A stretch of 64,000 nucleotides of DNA from Nageia nagi (GCA_050084985.1 JBITNC010000001.1:155558001-155622000), one strand, 5' to 3'; positions 40,700-53,859 are shown, numbered from the stretch's first letter. The notes: generated by a model not told the origin, from the letters alone. Numbers and translations: made by a program.

Positions 40700-43600
40700 A
40701 CTACCACTCCCAACCACATTATTAATAGGAATACATTAAGTGATAGTCTCACTAATAACACTAACTAGATGACCCTCAAACCCAATAATAGGGTTGAGTT
40801 GGTTAGCTCCCACTAATGCAAAACCTTCCTTGATAATAGTTTATGTTTCTTTCATAAATATATTTTGCCTAAGCATGTCATTTGAAATTGAATCTAACTC
40901 AACTAATATATTTCTTTGATCATTTTTCTGGATCAGTTGTATGCATATAACAACCACTTTATTTTTTCTTCTTTAGAAGAATTTTAACATCAAGATTGTG
41001 TTCTTGAATGATCTTTTTCAAGATATTATTTTCTAGCTCCATGTTGATTTTTTACTATTTTCTTTAGCCTACTCAAGAATGCTACTCTTTGCATTTTTTA
41101 CCTTCACTTGCAGTAAACTAGTTGTCTTCTTCAAATTTTCAAATTTTCTTGCTTTGAAAATATCAAAAAATATTACTATGTCAAAATTATAAATAAAGAC
41201 TAAAACTTGTAATATTTATTTAAAGTTAATTTAAATAACACAACTTACTGCATAAGCATCCTTTTTTGCAAGAGCTTCAACCAACATTTTTTGGTCATAT
41301 ATCCATTTGTTGAAAAATGGTTGGGGTTCACCATTGATATTTTTAACGTATTCAAAGCATGGTTGAGAACATCATCATTTATTTTCTTGGAAAATATGAA
41401 TCTCTATGTGATTTTATCTTGAAGTAAATTATCAATTATTACCACATTATATGCAATGAGGTCATATAATTTATTTCAATGACTATGGTTATAACAATAT
41501 GCATTTATCTTAGAAATAAGTTTTTTGGCCCACTATTTCCTAATGATTAATTTTTTAGTTTGGCAATAAGTGTTTGACCAATAGTTGTTAGTGCCTCATC
41601 TCCTGTACAATATGAAGCACTAAAATATAAAGGTTATTTATCAATTTCTTACTTGACTTCATTAGAGCTAGCTTTGGAGCTATGCTTAGGTTAACTTCCC
41701 TAAGTCTTGGAAGGTCAGGCTTTTTAGGATGAGGCTTTTCTCTTCTAATTGCATCATGTGAGTCATACAAAACTAGAGCACTATTACCATTAATATTTTT
41801 TATGAAAACTTGAAATGATATCTTCTAAATGATTATCATTGAGATCATTCAAGTTTATGAGGTTGATTAAACTATCCTCTAGTATATATAAGCCCCCAAA
41901 ATTACTACGAGGCACTGGAAAAGGAAAGGACACATTGCTATCTACTCAAAATATCTACACACAAGTGTCTTTTTGTCCCATAATTTTCCTACACATTTGT
42001 TGTTGTGGAGGTGATGGAGGAATCATTTTTTGATTATTTTTAACCTTTCAAGGTGAGTTGCTTTTCTTTCTAGTTCTTATAATTCATAATAGAAAAATAA
42101 ATTAATAGCAAACCCTATATCAATCTTAATGCAACAGGTCTAATTAGAGATAATTTAGAACTGGTTCAATTGCAGATAGTTTGTAACTTGATCAATTGCA
42201 AATATTTTAGAATTGGTATGGTTGTAGGTAGTTTAGAACTGATTTAGTTGTAGATAGTTTGGAACTGGTCTAGTTGTAGATATCAAATTTGCAATAAGCT
42301 ATTTGTAATTGAATAGATTCTAAACTATCTACAACTAGACCAATTGCAAATTCTAAAATGATTGAAAATTATCTACAATTGGAAAAATTATAAACTATCT
42401 ACAATCAAATCAATTACAAATTATTAGCAATCAAACTGGTTACAAATTATCTACAACTAAATCAGATCCAAACTATCTCCAATTAGATCAATTCCAAACT
42501 ATCTATAGCAAGATCAATTACAAACTATCTACAATCAATCCTATTCCAAATTTAATGATTTGAAATCGAAGTGATTTCTTTTTTAGCACTCTATAATTAA
42601 AAATAAAATAATTTACTTGGAATCCTAATAATTGGAATTGGAATTGGAATTGGAGCTACACTTGCAGTGGCTATTAGAGTATGAAATATTAAGCTTGAGA
42701 GGGGTTTTGGTGTGTGTACAGCTTACATGGATAAGCTTTCTACAAAAATTAAAGAAGTTAATTTATAGCTTCAAATATATAAAGGAAACACAAAATATGG
42801 TTAAAATATTATCATCATGCTACTAATACTCCTCATTTGTTACCTTTGATGTGTCCTCTTCACCATCATTAGGGTCAAAATTAAGGACAATAGCAATAGT
42901 GTTTCTCTTGTATCTACTCTATTTCTTTGGGAAAAATGTTGGACTTTTTGATATAGTGTTAAAATCACCAAGAGCTTCCTAACCACACTTTCCTTTCATT
43001 GTAGCAAACCTTTTGCCTTTTACAACATCAACCTCTTTCTACACAAAGAATTTAAAAACATAAATTTTTATAGCAGTAAAGATAGGAAACAAAAATATTT
43101 ACCAAAAAATATTTTTTAACAAGAAAGAAAAACTTACCTGAAGCTATACCAGGATAAGACCAACATTTTGTATCGTTTTATGTTGTGATATGGGTGGTGT
43201 TGTAATATGCAAGTTAAAAAATCCCTCATAGTATAAACTAAGAATAAAAAGAGTAGAATGCACATCACCACTAGTAGAGCTTTTCACCTTTAATCTTACT
43301 GGAAATATAGGTACAACAATTGAATATTTATCTATTAAGGTAATAAAATAATACATGATAAAGCCCACTTTGGTAAATCTATCTTTTTTTGCTAAAGAAT
43401 CACTTTGGAAAAAAAGAAATTATATAACCCTATAAAAACTTCATTGGTAATTAATTCAATTTGAATTCCCCTCTTCATTTGCTATGAAATGACTGCAAAA
43501 ATAATAATTTATTAAAAACTAAAATTATATGCTTTGTAAATGAAACAAAAAAGGAATCATCTAAGAAAATAAAAAATTGTAATAAGTTATTGTAAATACA

Positions 43601-44005
43601 TTCAAGGAAGTATTTATTGACATTATAATGCTCTTCAATATAACATTTTTCCTAATTACTAAAGAGTATATCAGAGTGCATTGATTCAACTCCCTCAAGA
43701 GGTAATCTAATAAACTGCTTTATGTCCATTACGTTGAATGAAAATGAGAAGTTATTACCCCTATTTTTTGATACAATATTCATAATATTTGAATTTATGT
43801 TATAGCTCTCTAAAATTATATTTAGTAGAGCTAACTCCATTGCAAACTTAGGATTGAATAACAACCCACCTAATCTTGACTGGTTTACCTAATTATTCTT
43901 AGCATCTAGATTATTTATTTTGTTTAGGAAGATCTATAAATCATTAATAGGGTGGATCTTGAATTTCACATCCTTTATGCTTACTCTAAACATATTGTTG
44001 GCCAT
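40700..44005 (-). pseudogene. Second, intron-containing gene inside the hAT: N-terminal PMD/DUF1985-like domain, C-terminal coiled coil
   Basis: ATG at 44005 is in frame (through two TAG) with ORF 43652-43864: SRLGGLLFNPKFAMELALLNIILESYN..FSFNVMDIKQFIRLPLEG. The next exon has KSSTSGDVHSTLFILSLYYEGF. GT..AG introns at ~43599-43493, 43137-43039 (CAG/GTAAG), 42616-~42076 and 41248-41176. Last exon ARKFENLKKTTSLLQVKVK..MELENNILKKII. Confidence 0.62.
42135..42550. repeat. Fold-back array of 26-bp units (direct then inverted) in an intron of the second hAT gene
   Basis: TAGTTTGGAACTGGTCTAGTTGTAGA-type units at 42150-42282 and their reverse complements AAACTATCTACAACTAGACCAATT at 42320-42550. Confidence 0.88.
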
Positions 44006-45146
44006 ATTTTACAGGGGAGTGGTGATCCAAATCCTTAATTTGTATGAAGACTTGTAGATGCAAAGAAACATATGAAATTTGTAAGAAACCTAAGAAATTT
44101 TAAATTCTAGCCACATAAATAATGGGAGAAGCACAAAAAGCAAATAAGTTTAGAGAAAAATGATTTACAAATATGAAAATATAAAAAATATAATTTACCA
44201 TACTAAATTCTTTATGTTGGACATTAAAATATTATCGTTGACTCCTCTATTGCCTCTCAAATGCTAAAAATCTCTGTAATGTAGTTAATTTTAATATAAA
44301 AATCCTTTGTCTACTCTATTCTCTAACTTGCTCTACATAAAATGATCATTTTCAATGTTAAAAGTACTTATATAGAGATCATAATAAATGTAATTTGATT
44401 TAGAACATGTGTCATACTATGAGATGCCATGTACAAAACCCTGATGCTATCTCATTTATATACTTTATGCATCTATCTTAGTTGCTTATCCTTTGCAATC
44501 TAGCCAATTGCATGTATTATAGAGCCATACTGGTTACATACATCTTACAACCATGATAGTTTCATGTGTTATATTTTAGAGATGGTTGCATTTATTATTT
44601 AATTAGCTCGATTGCATGTCGAATGCAACTGACTTGGTTGCATCCCTTATGGTTTGTGATTGGTTATTAGTATAAGATATCTTGCTTATAAATTTACATA
44701 AATTTTGGATTTTCACTAGTATTTTACATCTTATTTTAGAATTTATTGATATATTGCCTACCAATTTATATAATTTTTGGAATTTCATAATTAATTCAAA
44801 CTAGGTTTATTGTATATTCACCAAGAATTTATAGGTTTGATTTAGAGGAGGGGTATTAAAATTTTCTTTGTTTGCCTTCCATTCAAAATGGGGTAAAGTT
44901 TTCTTTTAGTGGCATGATCATACTATTGAGAATGACTTACCTTGAGTCTCAAGCATTTAGTATAGCCATTAATTAGTCACCTTTGCATTAACTTTATAAT
45001 TTGAGAATGCCTAGCATTTTTCCCTTAATGTGTGGTAGGTTTGCATACCTATGAATAACATTCACATCAACAAAAAATCATTAGTAATTGGTTATTAATA
45101 ATCATTATTAATACCTCATTGATTGTCATCAAAACATCAACATAAT

Positions 45147-45873
45147 TGTTAATACATAAAAAGGAATTTTAATTTAATTAAAATACCCCTTTAGGTATTT
45201 CAAATAATTTATTTAATTTATTAAATAAATGCTCTTTCCCATGTGCACTCTCATCTACCTTTATATTTTATGGTAACAGGTTGGTTCAACATCATAAAAA
45301 GCCTAAGGAGGAGCCTTAGTACTAGACCTATTACCTATAAAGGTGGAGGGCTTATGTAAGATCAAAGATATGACATGAAATGACATAATACTAAATCCTT
45401 AATAGGTGGAAATATACTTATGTCAATATTGACTAGTGTTTCTTAACACCACCTATCATCTCTAGATTTTGTTATACTTTGAGCTTTGAATTCCTATGAT
45501 CTTTCATCCCTTCGCGAGCAAAATTTGGTAGATTGAAGGTGGGAAGATGACATCAAGTGAAAAGGAAAGACATTTTGGAATGGTAACTAGGCACTATCAT
45601 TAGGTTTTTGGAGTTGATTTTGGTTTGAGGTCAGATTGATGGCCTTGTATTTTGAGAAAGCTTATTGTTCATCCTCTTTTGATTGAATTTCACCTTTGTT
45701 TATCATCATAGGTAAAATACAAGTTTGTATCTTTTGTAAATATAGTTTTGATAAGTTAAGATCAATTAGGTCATTATCATATTTCATATCATTAATTTCC
45801 TATTATTTATAGGTAATTAGTGAATTTAATTATTCTATAAATAATCCTAATAATTATTATTTTAGTTATAACA
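45147..45873 (+). repeat. 5' LTR
   Basis: Direct repeat of 53034-53756. TATA-like CCTATAAAGG at ~45335. Confidence 0.92.
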
Positions 45874-45875
45874 AT

Positions 45876-45888
45876 TAGTGAACCCAAC
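45876..45888 (+). promoter_or_regulatory. PBS, tRNA-Trp (decayed)
   Basis: TAGTGAACCCAAC versus TGGTGAACCCGAC: two G>A changes. Confidence 0.75.
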
Positions 45889-45904
45889 TTCTTATCGATA
45901 CATC

Positions 45905-48200
45905 ATGCTATCCTTATCTAGTTACACTGAAACCTTATGGTTTCATATAGGAGTAATCTTTCATCAAGTATTTTAGATATAGATACACTTATTGCTATAG
46001 ATCATAAAAATCTTGAACGTCTTGGTCTATAACCTAAGAAGACTAGAGAACATAAGAATTATAACAATGTGCCTAGAAGATAAAGTAAAAGAGTATGAAG
46101 ATTGTACTTACATAATGAATATGATAGTTCTCCAAAATATTATAAACACATAATTAAGAAATAACTATAAAGTAATCGAGAAGAACTCAATGAGCTCCCA
46201 TCCCATGCATTAGAGGTACTTATTAAATTTTTTTATCTAATTCACAAGATCAAAAATTATTATCTGTAGAAGAATATCTTCCTTTTCTTGTTCAAACTTT
46301 GGTAGAAGTAGATACTGAATTTAAACACCTCCTAGGTTCTACTCTATATTCAAATCCTAAATATACCAAACAAAGATAGATGATCCAACAAATTAAATAA
46401 GATATGATCTTAACCCCTTATCAATAAGATTAAAAGTACTTTGAACTTTTCCAAGTTCCCCTATTATAGTTTACCATCCCTAATGTTTCTTTGAGACCCC
46501 AGATTCCAAACCAGACCCTTGGTACTTCATATAACCCTAGCGATACCATTGGACCTAGCATTTTAACTTTTTTACTTGAATATAATCATGACTAATATTT
46601 TCCCAATCCTAAGGTTTCCATCCCATAAGTACCTCTCAACTATTATGAAGAGTTCAAAGACAACATTGATGAAGAAGGCCTAGTTGATATCTCAAAAGAT
46701 GAAGAACCTCAAAGGCCACCCATCCTTGAATCATGGATGGATGAACATGATCTAGTAATAAAATTTGGCATGAATCAAAGACTAGACTAATTGGATGTGA
46801 AATTTGATATATTGAAGAGAGAACTAAAGTTCATGAAGCTTAACATGGAATACAAAGTTTTTGAACCAAAATATCAAATGGAGTTAGTGAACAATTTGGT
46901 AAGAAATTTAGAATAAGAAAAAGTTCATTGTTTTGATTTATTTGCAAGTTTAGAAAAGGAAAAGTATACAAATTCTAGAGGATAATTTCCACATACACTT
47001 CCAGATGATGCACTACAAGAACTATTTCAATTAATACAATAAAAAGATTCCATCATGGATTGCATCAATATGTTTGCACCTACGATTCCAAGAGGTAGTG
47101 AGAACCCTTTTTGCCATCACATATGCAAGAGAAGGTATGATAAATAGAAAACATTTACTATGTTTGATGGTCATTTTGATCCTAGAATACATTTGCAATG
47201 GTATCACTTAAAGTTTATTTTATTTGAAAATGATGATGATTTGTTGGCTAAATTGTTTCCTCTTAGCTTAAAATTGGAATCATTTTTATGGTTTAGTAAT
47301 TTGTCTAATGAAAGGATTACATATTTTGATGATGTTGTTAAAGCTTTCTTGGATCAATATAATTTGCTCATAACAAAAGAACCATATTATTTAAATATGT
47401 ATAACCTAAAACAAAAATAAGGTCAACTTGTTAGTGAATTCATTATTGAGGGGTCCAAAGTAATCAATCAAGTCCAAATCCTTACCAAAGAAAAGAAATG
47501 TGTTCTTTTTTGAGCCTTGTTTCCATCTTGTAGGCATGACTTCTTATATTTATAGGATTATTTGCATGATAAACTATTAGATGAAGTGATTAATAAATAA
47601 GCCCATCATAAAGCCTTCAATGAACCCTAAGTCCACATGAAGCCAACTTCAGTTCAAACCCATGCTTCTCCTAAAAAACCTAGAAAAACACATCACCATG
47701 AATCTAAAGTCAAAATGATAGCTTGTTTCATCCATGATGACATAGAACTTTGGTAACCTAAGAAGTCATGTAGGTAGTATAATGAGTTCCATGAGGACAT
47801 TAGTGAGGTCTTGGATGCCTTAGTAGACATGAACTTGGTCCATTATCTACCAATGAAAGAGGCCCCTATATTAAACCTTAGGGCTATCAAGCACATCTCT
47901 TTTGTAATTTTCATAGGAGAGCCAATCATGCCATAAAAGAGTGTTGTCATATCAAAACTATAATCCAAGACTTGCATGAAAAAGGTAAATTTAAATTTGA
48001 CTATGAAATTTAAAATGAGGTTTTGTAGCAACACAAGTTTAAACCAATATATGAGAGTCTGATAAATCCTTAAAACCAAAGGCTAAATATATTCAACAAT
48101 CCATTTCCATAATTCAAGAAAGCAAAACTTGATGATGATGGTAAGAAGTTGTAAACCAATAATGTGAGTATCCCACAATCACAACCATAATAAAAAGCTC
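45905..48200 (+). pseudogene. gag: gag, degenerate; not followed by pol
   Basis: FDGHFDPRIHL..DDDLLAKLFPLSLKLESFLWFSNL (ORF 47160-47420); knuckle FCNFHRRANHAIKEC..IIQDL (~47900). Confidence 0.85.
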
Positions 48201-49059
48201 AATGAACACTAGTTCTAGGTATGGTCCTTGATGTTGATGGTGTTTGGGCTATTCTATAAATTATTTCATCATATTTTCTATTCATATATTTCTTTTTCAT
48301 TGTTTGGTCCAAATTTGCAAAGTTTCATCTCAAATTGAGTGTTCTCCTCTTTTGATAATCGGGCAACAATGTTAGAACCCAATGCTTTTGCTCTATCCAT
48401 AGTCCTTTTTTATCAAAATTTTAATATGATACTTTCAATGTATAAATTTTACTACAAAAATGTGTATCTATTTTTTCATATCTTTTGGCAAATGATTAGG
48501 AAATTTAACAACTTGTATACTAGTTTATATATATTTTTTATTTCCTTCATTTTAGGCCTTTTTTTGTTAATTAGGCCATTTTTTGAGCACGTATTTTTCT
48601 TTCACTTCCATATTTTCTCTTTATCTAAGCACTACTACTGTATTCAAACACTATTACTATGTTATGCTCAAAATTGATTTGAGTATTTTTCATTTTTCAA
48701 GGTTTCGTATGATTGTGATTGCTAAAATTATCCTATGTATGACTTGCTTATCGTAAAATTTTATCTTTTTATATTTGTCTATGTTAAATTGATAGTTCAA
48801 ATTTAGTTTTGCAAATTTATCTTTTTTTGATTATATTAGTTAACTATATTGCTTAAATTTCATTTTCACATATTTTCCTTGCTTAAACTTGAAGTGTTTC
48901 AGTCACAAATTCAAATGTAGTTCTAATAAATTAAAAAGTAAAGTAAACATGTCATAACATAATCAAACATATAAATATATTTATAATAAAAAATATCTTG
49001 TGTACATATATAATAAAACATATATACAAAATACATCCATAACAAAAAAAATCACTGAT

Positions 49060-50740
49060 ACATCAACCTAGTTCTTCCCATAGGAACTCTAACCTATAGA
49101 TGGATCTTGAGTCCTTCTCCTAGACCTAGACCTTGATCATCATTGCTAGTGTCTGTTCAAACTTAAGGAGCTAATTTTCCTTTAGTGTGATAAAGTCTTA
49201 GAGCCTCTTCAACTCTTGATGCTACATCATACGAGGTAGCACCTATAGTATATCTATCTATCCCTACAAGATACCTATCTAGTCATCTTAAGGCTTTAGC
49301 TACAATTATAAGCTCACCACCTACACTTATAATTTTTCCAACTAAGTATCCATCCTTATATCATAAAAATTTTGTTGTCAATTTTCCTCCTCCAAAAATA
49401 GGTCTATAAACCAAATCCCTAGAGTCTAGGTATACCTAAGGTAATGTCAAGGGAGTCATAGCTCTCAATGTGGATGGCACATGTGGGTCTACCGGTTGAG
49501 TAAGTGGTGGAGCATTTACCTCCTCATCCCCTTTCTCCTCCTCTACATCCTCCTATCCCTCTTCCTCATCATTCTCCTCATCCTTGAGGCCCAATGGAAT
49601 GGGCCTCATTATGTCCCACCATCGTTTGTACTCTAAAGTATGCTAATGAAATGGTATGGGCACCTTAGGGGTAGGATTCTCCAATGTGATCCACTCTACA
49701 CTTCATGCTGGTATAACCATAACCCCTAGTAGAATAGCTTAATAGTGATAGTACTTGGTGACATTCAACCACATCCTTAGCATAAGCACATCCTACATCA
49801 TGCTAAACTACCTTAAAACTCAGTTCATATTGTAATACTCAATCACCTTCCTAGGACCCTAGATATGACATGGAGTCATGCTCCATGATAACTCATCTAA
49901 AATATCCCACATTTCCAAGTCAAAATAGGGGTACCAAACTAAATCATCCTCATCTAATAGGTCTACTAGTATTCAATACTACTCAACTCCCCTCATCACA
50001 CCTACCCGTTACATAATCTACAACCAAAACCAATGGGGTATGTATGCCTATATCATCATAGGAAGATATGTACAAACAATAATATAGAATGAATGAGTTT
50101 GCTATAATATTATCTCCCTTATTTATAGATACAAAACTATGAATATCCTTGTATAACATGGCCAATATGTAGGGTGCCTATGTGTACCTCTCCTTGTGAA
50201 GGCATGTTCCTTACACTATGGAAATAAACCAAGTATGGAAGTACTCATGGTTCTTATTGCTATATAGGATCATTTAGATAAGAATAACTACATACAAATT
50301 GAATTATATGGTGAATTCAATGTTCTTTAAGGGAATTTAAACTATGTCATGAAGGGATGCACCTTTCTTTTGTTGTTGGTAGTGCCTCACCCCTATCAAC
50401 TAGTAGTGCTAGTCCTTAATCTCATCCATAGTCAAAGTAGCCCATTGTATCAGTGTACCCTTCATAGAAACCCATATAATGTGATGAATTTTAGTAAGGA
50501 TGATATTCATCTCACCTATCAGCAAGTAGAATGTGTTGGTGTTATTACATCGATGCTCCAAGAGGGTAGTTAGAAAGTACTTGTCGCATGGGATACACAT
50601 GATCCCCCTTAGGTGAATAAGCCCAGATGTATCTAGTCATCCTCTCTCATTTAGAGTTAGAATAAAGTCTATGACCACATCCATAACTAGAATACATTGC
50701 TCGCACCACATCAAGTATGCTTGATCCTACATCTAGGTCA
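49060..50740 (-). pseudogene. PMD gene antisense to gag, degenerate
   Basis: LLEHRCNNTNTFYLLIGEMNIIL (ORF 50409-50600); RYT*APYILAMLYKDIH (~50140-50190); Glu-rich stretch at 49520-49585. Confidence 0.82.
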
Positions 50741-52369
50741 AAAATGAAATTTATCAGTACCAAAAAATGTAAAATATATCAAAATATTAAAAATATAAAC
50801 CTTAAAATGTGTTACTTTTCATGCCATTTTTTAATTTTGTGTTTTCATAAATTATAAGTGCATATTTTTCCAATAAGCCCATACATTTGTTATTTTGCTA
50901 TGTTTTCTAAAAAATTCTTCCCAACAATGCCACCTTGTTTCAGACCCCATTTCTTGAAAATTTTTGATACCCATAAACCTTAACCTAGTTTGTATAGTAA
51001 AAACATGTTCCATTTCCTTCCATGCACATAGAAACCTAGCACTACATTTTTACCCCCTATGTTTCAATGTTTTTTCAAATTTAGCAAAAACTTGACAAAT
51101 TTTAAAAAGTAAACCATTAAAAACCTTCTAAAGCATGCATACACCATGAATATGAGGAAAGTTTTGGCACTTGGTGCCCCTTAGGTGGAGAACAAATAAC
51201 TAAACACTAGTGATCTTATTGAGAAGTAATTTGGCAAGCCATATCAAACTAAGCCAATAGTGTATTGCAACCTCTCCACAATTCGAATAGGATACCTAAA
51301 ACCTTGCGAACTAGAGTTCCAATTGTTAAATTGAGAATATGCAAATGAAACTTAATTCTTCCTATTTTTAAATTAATTGGAAACCCCTTTTTCAAATTGA
51401 CTACTTATCCTATATGATTGATGAAAATAGAAACTCTTTTTTTCATCAAATGTTCATACACCTATCTGCATTCTTTTGGTCAATACCCTTTCATGCCTTT
51501 AATGGTGTGTGGCTGCTACATTCTAGAGCTATTGCTTGGTTTGTGGCCCTTTTTATCTTCAAAATTGTTGCCTAAATTTTGCTCTTTTTATGCATGTAAT
51601 AAAAATATTTATAATTATTTCCAATACAATGTAAATTATAAAAAACCTCCTTGAGGAAAATTGGTAAAAATTGAAATGTAATGATCATTAAATTTTGCTT
51701 TACTCATTATGGTCCTAAAAATTATTGTTCTTTTTCACTTTATGGCTATGGAATAGACCTGAAATAATTTTCCTTTGCTTAAAATTTCTTTCTTATCTTG
51801 ACAACGATGCCATAATCCTAACACTACCAACAGGTTATAATGGTAATTTAAAGTGCATTTTCTTTTTTTTTTGTACTATTTGTGTATTTAAATGTGGAAA
51901 AACATCTCTACTTTTCATTTATGTATCACAATTGTTAAAAAATGAACTCTTATTTTGCATAGCTTATCATGTTTCAAAAATTATAAATTAATTTCAAAAA
52001 TGCTATTTTTAATTTCTCATTTCATAAATACATGTCATTATTATGCTTATCTAGATATTTTAGATAATACTATGTTAATAAAATTGCTTATCAAATGCTT
52101 GGCTTCATATCTTGTTAAGAATTGCTTATCAATGAACATTGTAGTGAATTGTCCATAATTGTTTATTGGTACATGTTGCAATAAAAATTGCATGATTGAT
52201 TGTCATACATACTACTTATCACACTTATCATGCTTTACTTAATAACTACTTATCAAAATATTGCTTTGTTCAAAGGCATGCTTATAAAAATATTGTTTAT
52301 CATTCCTTGACTAAATGGATTGCTTATCATATGATCAAAATATTTTCATATCATATCATTGCTTATCAT

Positions 52370-52655
52370 TGGCCTCCTTTGTAAGGAAGGGGCACACTTA
52401 TCAAAAAATCCATGGCAATATAGTGGCTTGGAAAACCAAGTTGGTTACTTATATCTTTGGCCTCCTTTGTAAGGAAAGGGCACTCTTATTAGTAAATCCA
52501 TAGAAATATATTTTCTTAGGAAAGCAAGCTGATCATTCTTATACTTTGACATATTTGTAAGGAAGGGTCAATATTATCATTTGGTACCTTTGTAAGGAAG
52601 GTCCATTCATATCAAACTCCATGTCAACATGGTGGCTTGGGAAACTAAGCTGATA
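52370..52655. repeat. ~88-bp tandem repeat (CCTTTGTAAGGAAGG..CCATGG..GGCTTGG)
   Basis: GGCCTCCTTTGTAAGGAA at 52371 and 52459, with further partial copies to ~52650. Confidence 0.8.
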
Positions 52656-53033
52656 AATCTAAACTATTTATCATCTTCATCTCATCTTGGTGGGTAAGTC
52701 ACCAAGGACACATTTTCTTTCTTATAATACTTTTAATATCATGATACTTAATGTCTATATTTGAGATATATTGTGAAAAATGTTTCTTGTATAAAGCTCT
52801 TTTTAGGTAACTTTTTCTTTGCCTTGGATTTCTCCTATGATGAGAGGTCCATCATGTCATAACCAAGTCAAAGAGGGGGTATAATATATAGGCAAAAAGT
52901 TGGAACATCCAAAGCTATCATCACAAGATAACATTTTAGGGAGTACTTTCCTACTTTTCTTTTTATACTTTGAATTCATGCTTTGATTTTATTTTTTATC
53001 AAAAGCATAAAAACATATTCAAAGTGGGGAAAT

Positions 53034-53756
53034 TGTTAACATCTAAAAAAGAATTTTAATTTAATTAAAATACCCTTTTAGGTATTTGAAATAATTTATT
53101 TAATTTATTAACTGCTCTTTTCCATGTGCACTCTTATCTACCTTTATATTTTGTAGTAATAGGTTGACTCGACATCATAATAAGCCTAAGGAGGAGCCTT
53201 AGAACTAGACCTATTGCCTATAAAGGTGGAGGGATTGTGCATGATCAAATATATGATATGACATGAAATAAGCTTGCATCTTTGATAGGTGGTGATATAC
53301 TTATGTCAATCTTAATCAGTGTTTCTTAACACAAACTATCATCTCTAGATTTTGTTATACTCAGAGCTCTGCATTCTTACGATCTTTCATCCCTTCATTA
53401 GAAATATTTGGTAGATGGAAGGTGGAAGGACAACATCAAGTAAAAGGGTGAGGTATTCTAGAATAGTAACTAGGAGCTATCAATGGATTTTTGGTGCTAC
53501 TACTAGGTTAAGGTTGGATTGGTGGCTTTGTATTTTAGGGAAGCTTATCATTCATCCTCTTTCAATTGAATTTTTCCTTCATTCATTGTCATAGGTAAAA
53601 TACAAGTCTGTATCTTTTGTAAATCCAGTTTTGATAGGTCAAGGTTAGTTAGGTCATTATCATCTTTCATGTCATCAATTTCATATTATTCATAGTTAAT
53701 TAGCAACTTTAATTATTCTATAAATAATCCTAATAATTAATATTTCAGTTATAACA
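53034..53756 (+). repeat. 3' LTR
   Basis: Direct repeat of 45147-45873, preceded by the PPT. Confidence 0.92.
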
Positions 53757-53859
53757 ATAATCATTCATCATTTATCATTCATTAATAATCATCATCATTA
53801 ATCTTTAGATTTTGAGTTGAGTTTCATATATCACAAAATTCATGTCAAAAGGATGCATA

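Larger units (their letters stand above)
36213..44870 (+). mobile_element. hAT-superfamily DNA transposon (8.66 kb), decayed, two-gene
   Basis: 8-bp TSD TTTGCCTT (36205-36212, 44871-44878). The empty site is seen at ~55301. Degenerate TIRs TAGCAAAACTTTTAA / CAAAGAAAATTTTAA (10/15). Transposase remnants inside. Confidence 0.9.
45147..53756 (+). mobile_element. Full-length pol-less LTR element (8.6 kb): gag + antisense PMD; different LTR family from 21631-30923
   Basis: TSD ATAAT (45142-45146, 53757-53761). LTRs 45147-45873 and 53034-53756 (TGTTA..TAACA). PBS at 45876, PPT CAAAGTGGGGAAAT at 53020-53033. Confidence 0.93.

Noticed and set aside
52868-52892. Second PPT-like AAAGAGGGGG followed by TATA-like sequence
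   Set aside because: No LTR follows it. The true LTR begins at 53034 after another PPT.
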